DNA of 63,548 nt, counting the filler, from Ministeria vibrans ATCC 50519 (Eukaryota > Protista > Filasterea), in NCBI GenBank assembly GCA_943704425.1. It is 9 parts of 9 records of this genome, joined end to end, with 100 filler letters (N's around TTAATTAATTAA, not from the genome) between each part and the next. Parts side by side here need not be neighbours in the genome. Positions count along the whole stretch, not along the records: positions 1 to 16,415 come from CALSCP010000392.1; positions 16,516 to 20,798 come from CALSCP010000755.1; positions 20,899 to 25,027 come from CALSCP010002305.1; positions 25,128 to 27,168 come from CALSCP010002179.1; positions 27,269 to 30,481 come from CALSCP010001077.1; positions 30,582 to 35,166 come from CALSCP010001705.1; 3 more parts are not named here. The stretch is one strand, 5' to 3'. The notes below the pieces were generated by a model. The model did no database searches, was not told the DNA's origin, and saw only the letters and a program-made list of their open reading frames with translations. Positions 13,161-30,659 of this stretch are shown here, piece by piece. Made by a program: the position numbers and the translations under genes. How positions within the stretch are numbered: the stretch's first letter is position 1; each line of letters opens with the position of its first letter.

Positions 13161-14229
13161 AAAAAAAAAAAATTCGCCCACACNNNNNNNNNNAACTTGA
13201 AAGCACACGACGCCCCGCCTCGGGCTCGAGGTACATTGTGTTGCCCTCCCACACAACAAGGTAATTCGCCCACACACTTTCTCTTTTCTTTCTCATAGAC
13301 GATTGATCGAAGGAAACATTGGGATCCAGGGGTTCGCCACAGTCACCAAGGCACCCTTGCGGATGACCTTTGACAACAACCGCAACACGTCGGACACGAT
13401 CCTTCTGACGGGCTTTGCGCAGCAGTGGCCCTGGCAGGCGCTGTGGTCGCTGTACCAACGCGCATCGCTGCAGGCGGCTCGCCTCCAGGCGCTGATCGAC
13501 GAGTCGGACGGACGCATCCACTTGATTACAACCACCGCCAAGCTCGATGCGTTTGTCGAGCTCAAGGCCCGCGAGCCAAGCAAGCACGTCGGTGCCTTCC
13601 TTGCTGTCGAGGGCGCCCACATGCTTGAGGGCGACCTCGACAACCTTGACCGCATATTTGCACTGGGCTTTCGCATGCTGGGACCCACGCACTTCTTCGA
13701 CAACGAACTGGGGGGCTCGGCACACGGCGTGGGCAAGCACGGACTGACACCCTTTGGACGGGCTGTCATTGCGCGCATGGAACAACTCGGCATGGTCGTC
13801 GACGTTGCGCACGCATCGCCGCGCGTCGTCACCGACATCCTCGCCATGGCCACACGGCCCGTCGTCGCGTCGCACGCTGGCGTCCAGGGCACCTGCAACA
13901 ATACGCGGACGCTCACGGACGCACAGCTGGACGGCATCCGGCAGACCAACGGTGTCGTCGGTATCTCTTTCTTCCAGTACGCTACGTGCGGCCGCGATAT
14001 TGCCAGCATTGTACGTGCTATCCGCTACACCGTCGACCGAATTGGCGTTGCGCATGTTGGCATTGGCGCCGACTTTGACGGTGCCGTCAAGACGCCCATT
14101 GATGCCTCCCAGATGGCCCACCTCACGGCCGCCCTGCGCGACCAGGGCCGTTTCAGTGATGACGACATCAGGCTTATCATGGGTCTCAATGTTGTGCGCG
14201 TCTTGAGGGAGGTTTTACCCCAACAATGA
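12678..14229 (+). CDS. Membrane dipeptidase (peptidase M19), two exons
   Basis: N-terminal TM segment, DMHAD, VEGAH, HFFDN, DVAHAS, ASH, GIGADFDG; intron ~13097-13299. Confidence 0.88.
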
Positions 14230-14547
14230 ACAAAAAAAAAAACAATTCAGTGCTTTGTAGTCCAATGAACAATCAAAAACAACAATATTATTGTTGATAA
14301 AAATGAAGCGCAGTCACAGAGGAAAACGGAGCTGCAAAGAGTTTATTTAGAGTCCGGGACAAAGCGGGGGCAAACAAAACAATCGAGAGGAGCTGGTAGT
14401 TCACTAGTAGCCGTGCAGAGCTTACAAGGGCGTATGACTCACGAGTCATGACGGAGTGAACATGACAAAACAGTATCATTTGAAACAGACTCGCAAGTAT
14501 TTAATGGTTTGTAACATGACAACAGGGTAGTGTGTATTTGCGAGAAT

Positions 14548-15780
14548 CTACCGCATTCGTCGGGCCTCACGCTCAGACTCGAGAAGGGTCAGGATATCGC
14601 CCTGTCACAACAAGAAAAAAAGAATCAGGATTGGACTAAAGAGAACACACACACGGTCACACACACACACTTACCTCACGGACGGGACCCTTAACGTTGC
14701 GGATGATGCTACGGCTGGTGTCGTCGAGGAACTCAACGCGGACCTTTTGGAAAAGACAAAGAGAGAGAGAGTGAGTGTGAGAGAGAACCAAAGTGATAGA
14801 GACAGATGAGTCAATGCGATGCGCTGTATATCGCAAGCGGGTGGCACGGTGATACACTGCAACAGAGGCATTGCACTACATCACATAGGGAGGGGAGAGT
14901 GCTGTGGCGCGACGGAGAGCAAAAAAATCTCTCAACTGTTGACAACGAAACGAATCGCCAAGCATCGCTACCCATCCAGAAAACGATACACACCCATTCC
15001 ATACACACATCACACCATATGGGCAGAGTAGTGCGCGCTGGTGAGCAACGAAGCGATCGACGAGAAATGCATTGCAACTGCAAAGCGAAAGGGCAGCCAG
15101 GCGACGGCATGCCCCCATTCCATACACTAACAAGAGGCTGGCACTCAAATGGGTGCCCTACAGGTGCGCCTTACACACAGAATCGAGCAAACGAGAAAAA
15201 AAAAAAAAAAAAGGAAAAAAGGAAAGACAAAAAAAAGAAAAACAAGAGAGGCTACGAGTTGCATGACTCTCAACCCACACGTGACGAACACGGTGGATTG
15301 GGGTGGAAAAATGAGAACGGCACAACCCCAAAAAAAAGAAAAAAAAAAAAAGAAAAAAAAAAAGAAAGGACAAGCAGTGAGAACACGAGGAAACGGCGCA
15401 CAGGCACGAATGCACCCAAATGCAACGGGGGAGGCGTAGCCCTGCTGGTAAGTGGCTTGTAGCGCGGAACGACAGGCAACATCGCTTGACGAATTTCCAG
15501 AGAGAGGTCCTTTTTTTTTTTTTTTTGTCACATCTCTCTGTCTTCTTGTCAGACACACACACACACGCGCGCGCGATCTCGGGCACACACACAGACGCCA
15601 ACGTGCAGGCAGCACCGCTTTCGCATTGTGCGGGGCGCCCGCAGCCCGCAGAGGGCGCGCACAGGCGTGGGGTTGCATCCGTACCTGTGTAGCCTGACCC
15701 TGCGAGCCAGTGCGGCCCAAGACCTTCGTGACCTTGGCCATCTTCTTCGCGACAACGGCGTTAGCGTCCTTATCAGCCAT
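14548..15780 (-). CDS. RPS28: 40S ribosomal protein S28 (3 exons, long first intron)
   Basis: [18 protein letters not shown] | [23 protein letters not shown] | [17 protein letters not shown]. Confidence 0.95.
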
Positions 15781-16346
15781 ATTCGAAGAGAAGGAGGAAA
15801 AAAAAAAGGTCGATCGAGAGCGGAGAGACGAAGAGTCAAGAGACGAAGAGCACTGCGAAGCAACTTTGACGATTGGACAGGACACTTGGAAGAACTGAAG
15901 TCTTTCTCCTACTCAGTAGACAGTACAGGTGGGTTAGTACCCACGTCCCACTGCCCATTCACTGCTACCAAGCCACATAACAACTCTTTGGTGCTATTTC
16001 TGGATGATTTGATCAGTCAAAACTATATATCATCTGATTTATCTCGTAATTCATTACTAATTACTTCAGTCTTTCTCCGCTCTCGTCACAGCTTGTAGCG
16101 CATCACTCACCACTCATAATTGCGCCTTCATCGCCCGCACAGCATCCTCGTTTTCGCTGAGGCTGGCCCTCGTTTCGCACACTCACCCTCACACACTTAC
16201 CCCATGGCTTCTCTCGGCGATTTCACCGCCGGCTTCGATGAGGATCCAAGTACGTCTGCTGATCTGCCTGTCCTTCACCTTCCCCTCCCTCCCTCCCCCT
16301 CTGTCTTTTTTTTTATCCTTTCACTCTCTCCTCTCACTTCTCTCCA

Positions 16347-16377
<31 letters not shown>

Positions 16378-16415
16378 TCATCCACTGCCCCCTCCCTCTC
16401 CCCCCCCCTCCGTCC

Positions 16416-16515
16416 NNNNNNNNNNNNNNNNNNNNNNNNNNNNNNNNNNNNNNNNNNNNTTAATTAATTAANNNNNNNNNNNNNNNNNNNNNNNNNNNNN
16501 NNNNNNNNNNNNNNN
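16416..16515. other. Artificial contig-joining linker (N44-TTAATTAATTAA-N44); also at 20799, 25028, 27169, 30482, 35167, 58263, 61175
   Basis: Identical 100-bp spacer with stops in all six frames, repeated 8 times. Confidence 0.97.
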
Positions 16516-16728
16516 TTTTTTTTCAAATCTGCCCTTTTTGCCTCTGTCACTGTTTGTGTGTTTGTGTGTGTGTGTCTGTGTGTGCGTGGGCGCCACAGTC
16601 CACCCGGCGCCCTCATGGGCCGGTGTGCCGCGTGGTGCGATGCGCGCATCGTCTGTGGTTGTGTGTGCTGTGTTGGAGAGTCGCGCGCACATCCTTATGC
16701 TGTGTTGACTGTGCTTTTCTGCTTACAG

Positions 16729-20661
<3,933 letters not shown>

Positions 20662-20721
20662 GTAAGCGACCCTCGACCCGGATGATGTCGTCTTAATTGA
20701 TTCTGGTGTGTTGTTGTTGTT

Positions 20722-20798
<77 letters not shown>

Positions 20799-21076
20799 NN
20801 NNNNNNNNNNNNNNNNNNNNNNNNNNNNNNNNNNNNNNNNNNTTAATTAATTAANNNNNNNNNNNNNNNNNNNNNNNNNNNNNNNNNNNNNNNNNNNNAA
20901 AAAAAAATCACCACACACACACAAACACAGAACAAAAAGAAACAAAGTGACAAGACACATATTGATAAAGAGAGACAAACACAAAAGGATGGAGAGAGAA
21001 AAAATAAAGATGCAAGAATGAGCGTTATGTGAGGTATGTGCGTGAGCGGTGACGTACTCGATTGTGTTCCCTCCAC

Positions 21077-24000
21077 AGGACCTCAAACTCAAGACGGGCA
21101 TTCTCCTCAATCTTGTCCTGGACGCATTTGACATACTTGGCATAGAAGGCGGGGACGTCCTTGGCTTCCTTGGGGCGGCACATGTGCTCTTGGTAGTCTG
21201 CGTCGTCCAGCGCAAGCGCCGCAAGCACCTCCAGCGACGAGGACGTCACGCCACCCTTGTTCGTGCTGTGTACAATTGTGAGTTACCCTGTTCGCAGTGG
21301 TGCAAGTGGTGACGTACCTTGCGTCCTTGAAGACGGGCACGCCGGCCTTGTGCAGCGACAGGCGCGCTTCCTCCGTAAAGAACAGATTGGCTCCCTCGAC
21401 AATAAACTCAAAGCGCGGCTTCTTGTTCTCGTCAAACATGCACTTGACATTGTTCATGTCCACCGCCTAATCAAAAACACAATGAAAAAAGGAAAAAAAA
21501 AGAAGAAAAAAAAAAAAGAAGAAATGCGTGTCAATACAAAAATGTAATCCACCCGCTCCATCACGTACGTTGGGGCGACCACCGCAAGGCACAAACATAG
21601 TAGCAGAGATGTCCTGGCGCAGATGGTATCCGTTGCGGAAGAACTCGCCGTTCTCAACGAGCTCACCCGACGGCAAACGCACATCGCGATCCTCAATAAG
21701 CACACGGTACGCGCCCGTCTCCTCCTCGTATTCGTCAAGCACCGGTACGCTCGACAGCCCAAATTCGTCGCTGTTCTGGTCAGCCGGCGTCGCCGCCGCC
21801 GATGCCGCTACCTTGCGCTTCACCTGCAGTTTGTCCATGTTGAAGTGGCGCACCATCAGACGGCCCTCGGCGAGTCGCTGGAGCTCGTCCCGGTCAATCC
21901 CATTCGGGTCGTACAGTACGCCACTGCCGTCGACGACTGCAACCGTTCGATCGTTGCTTAACTTGATCTCGTTGCTGCCCAGGTCTCCGTCTGGGCCGCC
22001 TGTCTGCACCTTGGTGCACTCCGACTCGGTCAGTCCCTTCTTGCCCAGCACCCCGAGAACATACTGATGCACACTGCGTGTTGTCATTCCGTACGTGTCG
22101 TGCGGAATCCCTCCCACTTCATTCCCTCGTCCCGTCGTGAACGCCTTCCAGAATTTGGCACCGCGCTCTCTCGCGTGCATCGACGCCCAGTTCATAAAGT
22201 CCGCAGTCCCTATTATAATAAAATAATTATTAATCTTTTTTAAAAAAAAATTCAGTGCGCGCACCTTCGTCGGGACCAAAGTAGAGAATCTCCTCTTGCT
22301 TGTACAGGTCAACGAGAGTGTCCTTAACGCCCGGCGACGAGCCCACGAGTAGCAGATCCAGAATGCCGTCAACAAACTTTTTGAATGCAATCTCAGGTAC
22401 TTCTTTGCCTTGGTACTACATAGTAGAGACAAGCTTTATGCCCTCTCTATTCTTTCATAAAACTTGCTTACGTCGTGTTCGAGAAGAATAGTGCCCTTTG
22501 AACCACTCTCGGGAATGTCCTTGTTCTTGCGCATCTGTGTGTTGGCCAGATTGTACGTCTCGTCAAAGAGCGACGACACATTGCGCTGAAACATTTCCAT
22601 GTTGGAGCTGCGGATGACGCGGATGCCGCCGCGCGCCACATCGGCAAAGCGAATGTGAAAGCCCCGGAACTCGCGCGAGACCACAAAAAACAGGCCAAAG
22701 GGCGCGTCGGGGTATTCGCTGCGGGGCAGGAAGTGTGGGTCGAGACGGAAAGCCAGCGCGACCTTGGTTGGCTGGAAGAAGTTGGTTTTGAGAGTCGCCG
22801 ACGAGAGGGTGTACAGTGCCTCAAAGACCATGTACTCGTTCTGGTTGGTTGTAGTGCGGCGCGCATGCTCAAGGAGGTCTAGACAACGAGGCCAGGCGCA
22901 AATGTCAGGCGACAAAGTGACCATATGGGTCGTCACTATGCTTGTGTACCTGAGGTAGACATGGCAGGAGCATCGAGGATACGCAGAGTTGAGGCCGAGC
23001 GCGGTATCATCGAGAAGGGTGCACTACTCTCGGACGCGACATTAAATGACGGTCGGTGTGAGCGCGCAAAATGTGCGTAAAACGCCTGGATGAGGCCAGG
23101 GTACGTTTGCAACACCTAGCCAAACAGAGAAAACAAAATGATTAAAAGGGCAAAGAGCCACAACAAAGGGATAAGGGCAAAAGAGGCAAAAGGGTTTTGT
23201 GTACATACCTTGACTATATAGTCCACGGAAAAGGTGTCCATGCGCAAACGGCGTTTGATGCGGGCAAGCAGACGCTGGTGGTCTTCGTTGTCGGCCGTCA
23301 TGATAGACGTCAGTTGCTCGTAGTCACTCCCAAGACTACATGATAGGATAAGAGTAAGCGTGTGTCATCTGGAGGCAAACGAGTGGTGCTGGTGAATGCG
23401 GGCTGTAGGGTGTACCGGTTGAGAAAGTGCTCGGCAAAGCGCAGACCACACGTGGCAAAGGCACATTCGGAGAGAGAGAGAACCTTCTTCTCAAAGAGCG
23501 TGTTGAAAATAGTGTTGGGGATGGTGAAGAGCATGGAGATTTCACGCCGGATCGATGCCAGACACGTGTCGATATCCGGCTTGTTGCTGTCCTCCAGCTG
23601 CTGCAGGTACACCGACATGATCGTAATCCCATTCGAGAATTGCTCTACATAAATGATTTATACATGTTTACGCCTTAAATCTCAATTCTTTGATTTTTTT
23701 TCTTCTCTTTTTGATGTACCGACAAACTTTCTTGTAGAATAAAGATCGTAGAAGTGATAGAGACCGGTGAAGGAGTGGAAGAAGCCCTTGGTGGAGGTGC
23801 GGTAGCCGATGACCATACGACGCTCAGAGCACCCTTCGTAGGTGTAGACAGCCGAGACCGGGCCGGTGCGCGAGGCTGCCTGCTTCATGATCCTAGTGAG
23901 CACACACGACACAATTTCATTATTAGTACTATTCTTATTTGAAGACGCAACAACGACCCGTTGAACAACGGTTGACTTAACGGGTTAACGGGATATTTTC

Positions 24001-24853
24001 ATATAATAATTATGATCTCTTTTTGTGTGCATTGCTCCACACTTACCCTTGGTACACGTCCATGGTGTTCTCAGTGGCAGATTTGAGAAACTGGATGCTG
24101 GAAATCTTTTCGAGGTTGCTCTCGTGCGCATCATGGGACACCAGTGCATTGTGGAACTCGCACTTCTCAACGAAATAGCAACGCATCTGAGCAACTGACT
24201 GGTCCTCATCTTTGCTATTCTCATCAAACACATCGTCCTTGTCATTGGCTACCGCACGATACGACTCGACGTGGAACTGGTTGTTGTCCTTTGACTCATT
24301 CTATACAAAAAAAAAAAAAAAAAAAAAAAAAAAAGGTTAACGAAAAAGAGACGAAAAAAAACGAAAGGTCTTACCAGGAACAGTGTATCGATCTTGTTTT
24401 CGAAACTCTTGCCTGCACCCTGTCCAGCCACACCGGGATTGGAACTGGCCAAGAAAATGCCGCCATTCTCTGTGGCATATGGCGCAACAGTGATCAGTCA
24501 GTCAGTGTGAGTCGCTCTCTCTCTCTCTCTCTGCTCGTTCGTACCAGTTGCGTGCTCCAGCACAATCTCAGGACGTCCTCCACGCGTGTGCGCCAGTACC
24601 TTGGCACCGTAGATGGCTTCGATGAACTGGGCCAGCTTCTGCGGCGTCGACAGGCGTCCCTACGGCCCAGACCAGAGTGCGTGGGTCATGACACCACCTC
24701 TTACAAGTTCGACGCCAACACGTCAAACGCTGCGTCGTGCGCCCGCGCTCTGCCCTCTGCGTCCTACCTTGAAGAACAAGTGCTCAATCCCGAGCTTCTC
24801 ATAGAAGAAGTTGACCTCGCGCTCGATGAATTCCGCCGGAATCAGTCGCTCCT
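21077..24853 (-). CDS. GDH2: NAD-specific glutamate dehydrogenase (large, GDH2-type), multi-exon, partial
   Basis: RGFHIRFADVARGGIR, KNKDIPESGSKG, GPDEG|TAD, HDTYGMTT, QTGGPDGDLGSNE, PCGGRP, IVEGANLF, GGVTSSSLEVL. Confidence 0.9.
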
Positions 24854-25219
24854 GCAAAACGAGACGAGACGGTCAAAAATATATTTTTTTTGTATGTGTG
24901 TGAGCCATCAAGGACGCTGTGTGCTGCGCAGCGGTTGCATGCCGGCATAGATAGTGAATAGAGACACGGGGGTATGCAAACAGTGGGTCTGCGTGCAGCG
25001 TAGGAGGATGGGACGACTTGAAAAAAANNNNNNNNNNNNNNNNNNNNNNNNNNNNNNNNNNNNNNNNNNNNTTAATTAATTAANNNNNNNNNNNNNNNNN
25101 NNNNNNNNNNNNNNNNNNNNNNNNNNNAAAAAAAAACACCCTTCTTACTTGAATGAGACACTGTCTCCACGAATCGTCACGTAAGATATTGCTAAAAAAA
25201 AAGCAAAAAAAAAAACAAG

Positions 25220-25290
25220 TGTCTGGACCGGGAATCGGACCCGGGTCGACCGCGTGGCAGGCGATCATCATACCACTAGACCACCCAGAC
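25220..25290 (-). tRNA. tRNA-Gly (anticodon GCC)
   Basis: GTCTGGG/TCCAGAC acceptor stem, TGGTCTAGTGG A-box, ATCGC-CTGCCAC-GCGGT anticodon arm, CCGGG-TCCGATT-CCCGG T-arm, downstream poly-T. Confidence 0.85.
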
Positions 25291-25657
25291 AGTCTCACAT
25301 ATTGAAAAATGGGCTCAAATGTGCTACATAACCCTATTTTCGATTTGACATAAAGTGTTTCAGTTTGGATAATGGTTCAACGTTTGCCATGTTAATATAA
25401 AGTGTAAAGGTGCGGTTGTGTCACATACGGATTGTACAGAACTGGAAGTTTTCATTTGTTTCAAAATTTTCGTCGCGTTTAGGATTCGGATCTCAACGAC
25501 AGTGACGGTACTGCCTGTAGGCCCACAAGTGATACAAGTGATAGCCAGTAAGAGCCGGTTGTGACGCAAATAACGCCCTGCTGTGGCGGAGGTTTCGTGG
25601 AAAAGTATTTTACAAACAAAAGTTGCGAACAAAAAAAGTTGAAGTTTTATTGATCGC

Positions 25658-26660
25658 TTACAGAGCGGGCTCGCCAGCGACGATGCCAGACTCAATGCCG
25701 CACTCGTCGACACCACGGAGGATCTTGAAGTAGCCCTCAATGCCCCACGAGGTGTTCCAGGAGTTGGCGACGAGCCAGTACTTGTCTCCGTTCTCAACGC
25801 CCCAGCCGATGATCTTGACGGCATGGCCACCGTCGACCGAGCCGGACACGTGGCGGTAGACACCAGACTTGTAGCTCATGAAGTCCATGTAGACGGTGAA
25901 AGCGGCCTCGACGGGACCGTTGTTCATGATCTCGGTCTGGATGGCCTGCTCGCTCGACGACACCTGGTAGGCGCTCTTGGCCTTGTAGAAGCGGACGGAG
26001 CCCGAGCCCGAAGGGCAGGTCGAGCCGCTGAGCTTGCACGAGCCGGTGACGCCCTGGCCCGAGGTGTACGGGTAGCACTCGTCGGTGACAACACCGCTCT
26101 TCTCCATGTACTGCCAAGCGCGGATGGGGTAGCCACCGTTGCAGCCCATGTTGCCGTCCTTGTTGTCGCACGACACGAGGTTCTGGGGCGAGAGCACGAC
26201 GTTGATCGAGCCGTTCGACTTGATGGCGAAACGGTCAGAGAGAGCCTCGGTGGCGCCGAAAGACCTGCGCGTATTGAGAAGAAAACGTGATTAGGAACAC
26301 GAAGACTGTGGTTTCGGTTTGTCGTACCAGCACGAACCGCACTGAGCCTGGTCACGGATGGGGTGGATGTCGCCGGGCCATTGGGTGCGCGAGTCGAACT
26401 CGGTGGGGAGCTCGGCGGCAACACGGTGACGGACGGGGAACTGGAGAAGCGAGAAGACAAAAAAATGAAAACACTGACGCATCGCTCGACATCCGGATCC
26501 NNNNNNNNNNAAAAAAAAAAAAAAAAAAAAAAAAAAAGATATTCAGCTTTGCTCTTTCTGTCAAGTCAAAATCAGGCTTACCTCGCGGAGAGTGCCGGGG
26601 ACCAGGAATGTACCAAGAGACTTGCGGAGGTCGTCACGGGTCATACCCTCGAAGCGAGCG
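25658..26660 (-). CDS. Cathepsin B-like cysteine protease (papain C1A), 5'-partial
   Basis: [49 protein letters not shown]. Confidence 0.92.
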
Positions 26661-27137
26661 TTGCGGCCAGCAACCCACCTATTGAAAAAGAGAAAAAGAA
26701 GAGGAAAAGACGAAACATCAGCTATCGTCGGCGCTTGTTGTGATACTGTATGGACGGACAGCAGGAGACATCGCGACGCACACCAACGGGCTTGTTTGTA
26801 CGATCAAAAGGCGTTTTATCGATGTTGTTTTGTTTTTTTTTTTCTCGCTTGTTGACGCATAGCCACAGAGATGTTTTACGCCAGTATTAGTCGATTTTCA
26901 ACGCAAATCGATATCGGCTATGCTGTGTGTGCTCCTTGCTATGAACTGCGGCGCGTTACAAGGCTTGGTATTTTTTTATGGCATCATTTTTTTTTCGATG
27001 CGGATGACAAGTGATGCGAATGCGACCACAGCGCCCATGCACGCTCGTGCTTTTGGGGCAGATGCGTTTTACAGAGGCTACGTGCGATGGTGCGAGAGCC
27101 GTGGGGTCTCGAGGTCGTCTTATAGAAGCGGTCACGC

Positions 27138-27168
<31 letters not shown>

Positions 27169-27268
27169 NNNNNNNNNNNNNNNNNNNNNNNNNNNNNNNN
27201 NNNNNNNNNNNNTTAATTAATTAANNNNNNNNNNNNNNNNNNNNNNNNNNNNNNNNNNNNNNNNNNNN

Positions 27269-27975
27269 GCTCATAGTACTCAAGAGCACGACTGTAGTCT
27301 CCTTGTGCCTCGAACACACAAGCCATGTTGTTCAATGTCTGGCCAGTGGATGGGTGGTCGGGACCAAGAGACTTCTCATAGATGGTCAGAGCACGCTCAT
27401 AGTACTCAAGAGCACGACTGTAGTCTCCTTGTGCCTCGAACACACAAGCCATGTTGTTCAATGTCTGGCCAGTGGATGGGTGGTCGGGACCAACAGACTT
27501 CTCCTTAATGGTCAGAGCACGCTCATGGTACTCAAGAGCACGACTGTAGTCTCCTTGTGCCTCGAACACACCAGCCATGTTGTTCAATGTCTGGCCTGTG
27601 GATGGGTGGTCGGAACCAACAGACTTCTCATAAATGGTCAGAGCACGCTGATAGTACTCAAGAGCACGACTGTAGTCTCCTTGTGCCTCAAACACACAAG
27701 CCATGTTGTTCAATGTGTCGCCTGTGGATGGGTGGTCGGGACCAAGAGACTTCTCACGGATGGTCAGCGCACGCTCATAGTACTCAAGAGCACGACTGTA
27801 GTCTCCTTGTGCACGGAACACAATGGCCATGTTGTTCAATGTGGTGCCTGTGGATGGGTGGTCGGGACCAAGAGACTTCTCATGGATGGTCAGAGCACGC
27901 TCATAGTACTCAAGAGCACGACTGTAGTCTCCTTGTGCCTCGAACACACCAGCCATGTTGTTCAATGTCTGGCCA
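27269..27975 (-). repeat. 126-bp near-identical tandem units encoding TPRs
   Basis: GCTCATAGTACTCAAGAGCACGACTG (or a 1-nt variant) recurs with 126-bp period (27269, 27395, 27521, ...). Confidence 0.95.
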
Positions 27976-30481
27976 GTCTCAGCATGATCTGTCCCCAGCT
28001 TCTCTTCTTGAATCGCAAGTGCCCAACCATACACCTCCAACGCTCGCGTATACTCGCCTTGGTCACTGCAAACAAGACCCAAAGTCCCAAACGCACTCCC
28101 AGCAAGCACACACCTCTTGTCACACACACAATCACACGCACTCTCAGCCGCACTCCGAGCCAACGTGTGCAATCCCAACAATCGCCACACGACACTCAGC
28201 CGAATTCCCAGCCACACCACACCATCGCCGTACTCCTCCGTCTCTCCACCCCTCCGCCTTCTCCCCACCTCAGCACACGCCCACTCCATCACTCGCATTC
28301 CATGCACTCCCACTCGTCGACTCCACTCCATATCCTCATAAATCTGTGCATCTTTGCCAATCTCCTCCTTCAACACTCTCCCCATCCTCTGCAACTCCCT
28401 CCACATCTCCTCCTCATCTCCAAATGCCACCACCCGACACACGTCCTGCACCAACTGATGCATCGACACCACACTCTTGTTCACATCAACCACACACAGT
28501 CGACACAACGCACCAAGTGCAACATCAAACTCGTCTTCCTCCACCTTCTCCTTGTTCCTTTCCCCCACCACGACCAGCCGTAGCACCTCCACCTCCATCC
28601 CACTCCCTTCCAAAACCCCCATCACTCCAACCAGCTTCCGCACCATCTCCCGCCCGCCAATCTCCATCGCGCGTGCAACACCCGGCTCATACGTCGCCAC
28701 AACACGATCTTCCAACCCTCCTCCTCCATTCCGCCTCTTCAACGTCGCCAATCTGTCTGCCTCCATCCGTGCGCCATATTCTCCAGCACTCACATGTGGC
28801 GTCTCCACCAGATACGCTGCCGCCAACTCAAGTGCCAGTGGCATTCCTCCCAACCTTGCAACAATCTTCTGCACCTCCTCATCTTCATCTGCTCGACCCG
28901 CCAGTCGCTTGCGCATGTACTCCATTCCCTCCTTCTCGTCAAACACACCCAACTGCAACGGTGCATCTCCTCCTCCAAACAACGCCCCCAACTCATCCAC
29001 ACTCCGCAATCGTGTCGTCACAACCACCTTCCCCTCCATCACGCCGCCGGGCATCATCTGACTCATCTCCTCTGTGATCGCATCACATCCGTCCATCACC
29101 ATCAACCATCCTCGTTCGTGCGCCAGCCACTCCTTCACTGCCCCCACCACCTCTTCATTCGTTGCGTTCGCTAAATCCACATGCTTCAGTGGAATATATC
29201 GCACTGCCTCTCGATACGATCCCATCATCGTCGTCGCACTCGTTGCGAGCACCCAAATGATCCAGTGGTACTTATGCGCATTTCGTCGCGCATACTCCGC
29301 CGCCAATGTGCTCTTGCCCACTCCGCCCGCGGCTGACACCGTCAGGTTCCCAATCGCCGCAGTCCCACTCTGCTTCAGTCGTGCCTCCAACTGCTCTAAC
29401 TCCATCTCGCGTCCCGTGAAACTCGCCGGCACAGCAGGCACCATGGCCAGCTTGTTGCGCTCCGTGTACTTCCCGTTGAACACCACAAACTCCCCCGTGT
29501 TGTGCGCCACGCGCCACGGCAGTCGGCCCAACAGACACGTCTGTCGGAAGAAGTACGCGTCGTCGGGCTCCTTCAGGTGCGCCGGCATCTTTTGCACAAT
29601 CTCCGTCATCAGCGACGTCAGTTCCACATTGACACGGTCCGCCACGTGTCCAATTGTCGCCCACCGCGCCGATCCCTCGCGCTCTCGCGCAAACGCCCCA
29701 CCATCGCCACCAGGCGACAGCCATGCTCGTCGCAGCGCCATGTGCAGCACCGTGCCGTGCCCCATACAGAACGCCGACGAAGTACAAGGCACCGCCGCCA
29801 AGCACTGGTACGACTCCTTCTGGAACACCGTCTGCATCTGATCGGTTGCCTCCGTTCCGAGCGCACGCAACGACACCTCCGTCGCATCAAACGCCCCTCC
29901 CGAGTGGCATGTGTCGAGCACCACAAGCGTGTTGCGCCAGCGCTGCTCTTGCTCGACGCGCAAGTCGTCGCGCAACTGCTCCATCGTGTACGCGTCGGCA
30001 TACTGCGCGGCGTCCACAACGTCGCCATTCGCATCCTCGACACTCGGCTTGGTACAGCGCACGTCGGCGAGTGCTGCGCCGTACGAGCCGTCGCTGGCGT
30101 TGAGGACGCCGTGCGAGCAGATGTAAACGACCAAGTCGTCGAGCGGACCCGGCAGGTGCCCAGAGCCCATGGCAGCCAGGTCGACGAGTGCCGTGCGGAT
30201 GCGTGCGCGCGTCGTGTCCGCCTGCACCCACAACAGCTTCTCCGTCTGCGTCGCATCAACCGCAAAGTCGACGTAGTGTTGTTCCAGTGTCGGCGAGTCG
30301 AACGAGCGCTGCGACAGCGCCATGGGCGTGTCTGCGAGCACGACCGTCTTAAACCCGTTGCGCACAAGGTCCACCGCCATGTTGCGCACCGTCGCCGCGA
30401 CCCCTGGTAGCGTATCAAGCTCGAGCGTGTTCGAGTTGAAAAATGTTCGTCCGATGACAATTGCGTATTTGTGGCCCGTCA
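27269..30481 (-). CDS. NLR-like STAND protein: caspase-like peptidase C14 + NB-ARC + TPR array (both ends at contig edges)
   Basis: KYAIVIG, YICSHG (His), VLDTCHSG (Cys), FTGRE, GGVGKST, LMVMDG, GMPLAL, MHQLVQ, then 42-aa TPRs. Confidence 0.85.
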
Positions 30482-30659
30482 NNNNNNNNNNNNNNNNNNN
30501 NNNNNNNNNNNNNNNNNNNNNNNNNTTAATTAATTAANNNNNNNNNNNNNNNNNNNNNNNNNNNNNNNNNNNNNNNNNNNNTTTTTTTTTTATTATATTA
30601 TTATTATTAATCTTAATTAATAATATTATCATTCTGTTCTTTGGTCGCTGCGTAGTACA

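Noticed and set aside
16204-16250. Short first exon MASLGDFTAGFDEDP at contig end
   Set aside because: Probably a real gene start but too short to identify
16416-16515. Recurring TTAATTAATTAA palindrome in N runs
   Set aside because: Assembly concatenation linker, not biological; it also rules out treating the NLR gene and the viral element as a linked defence island
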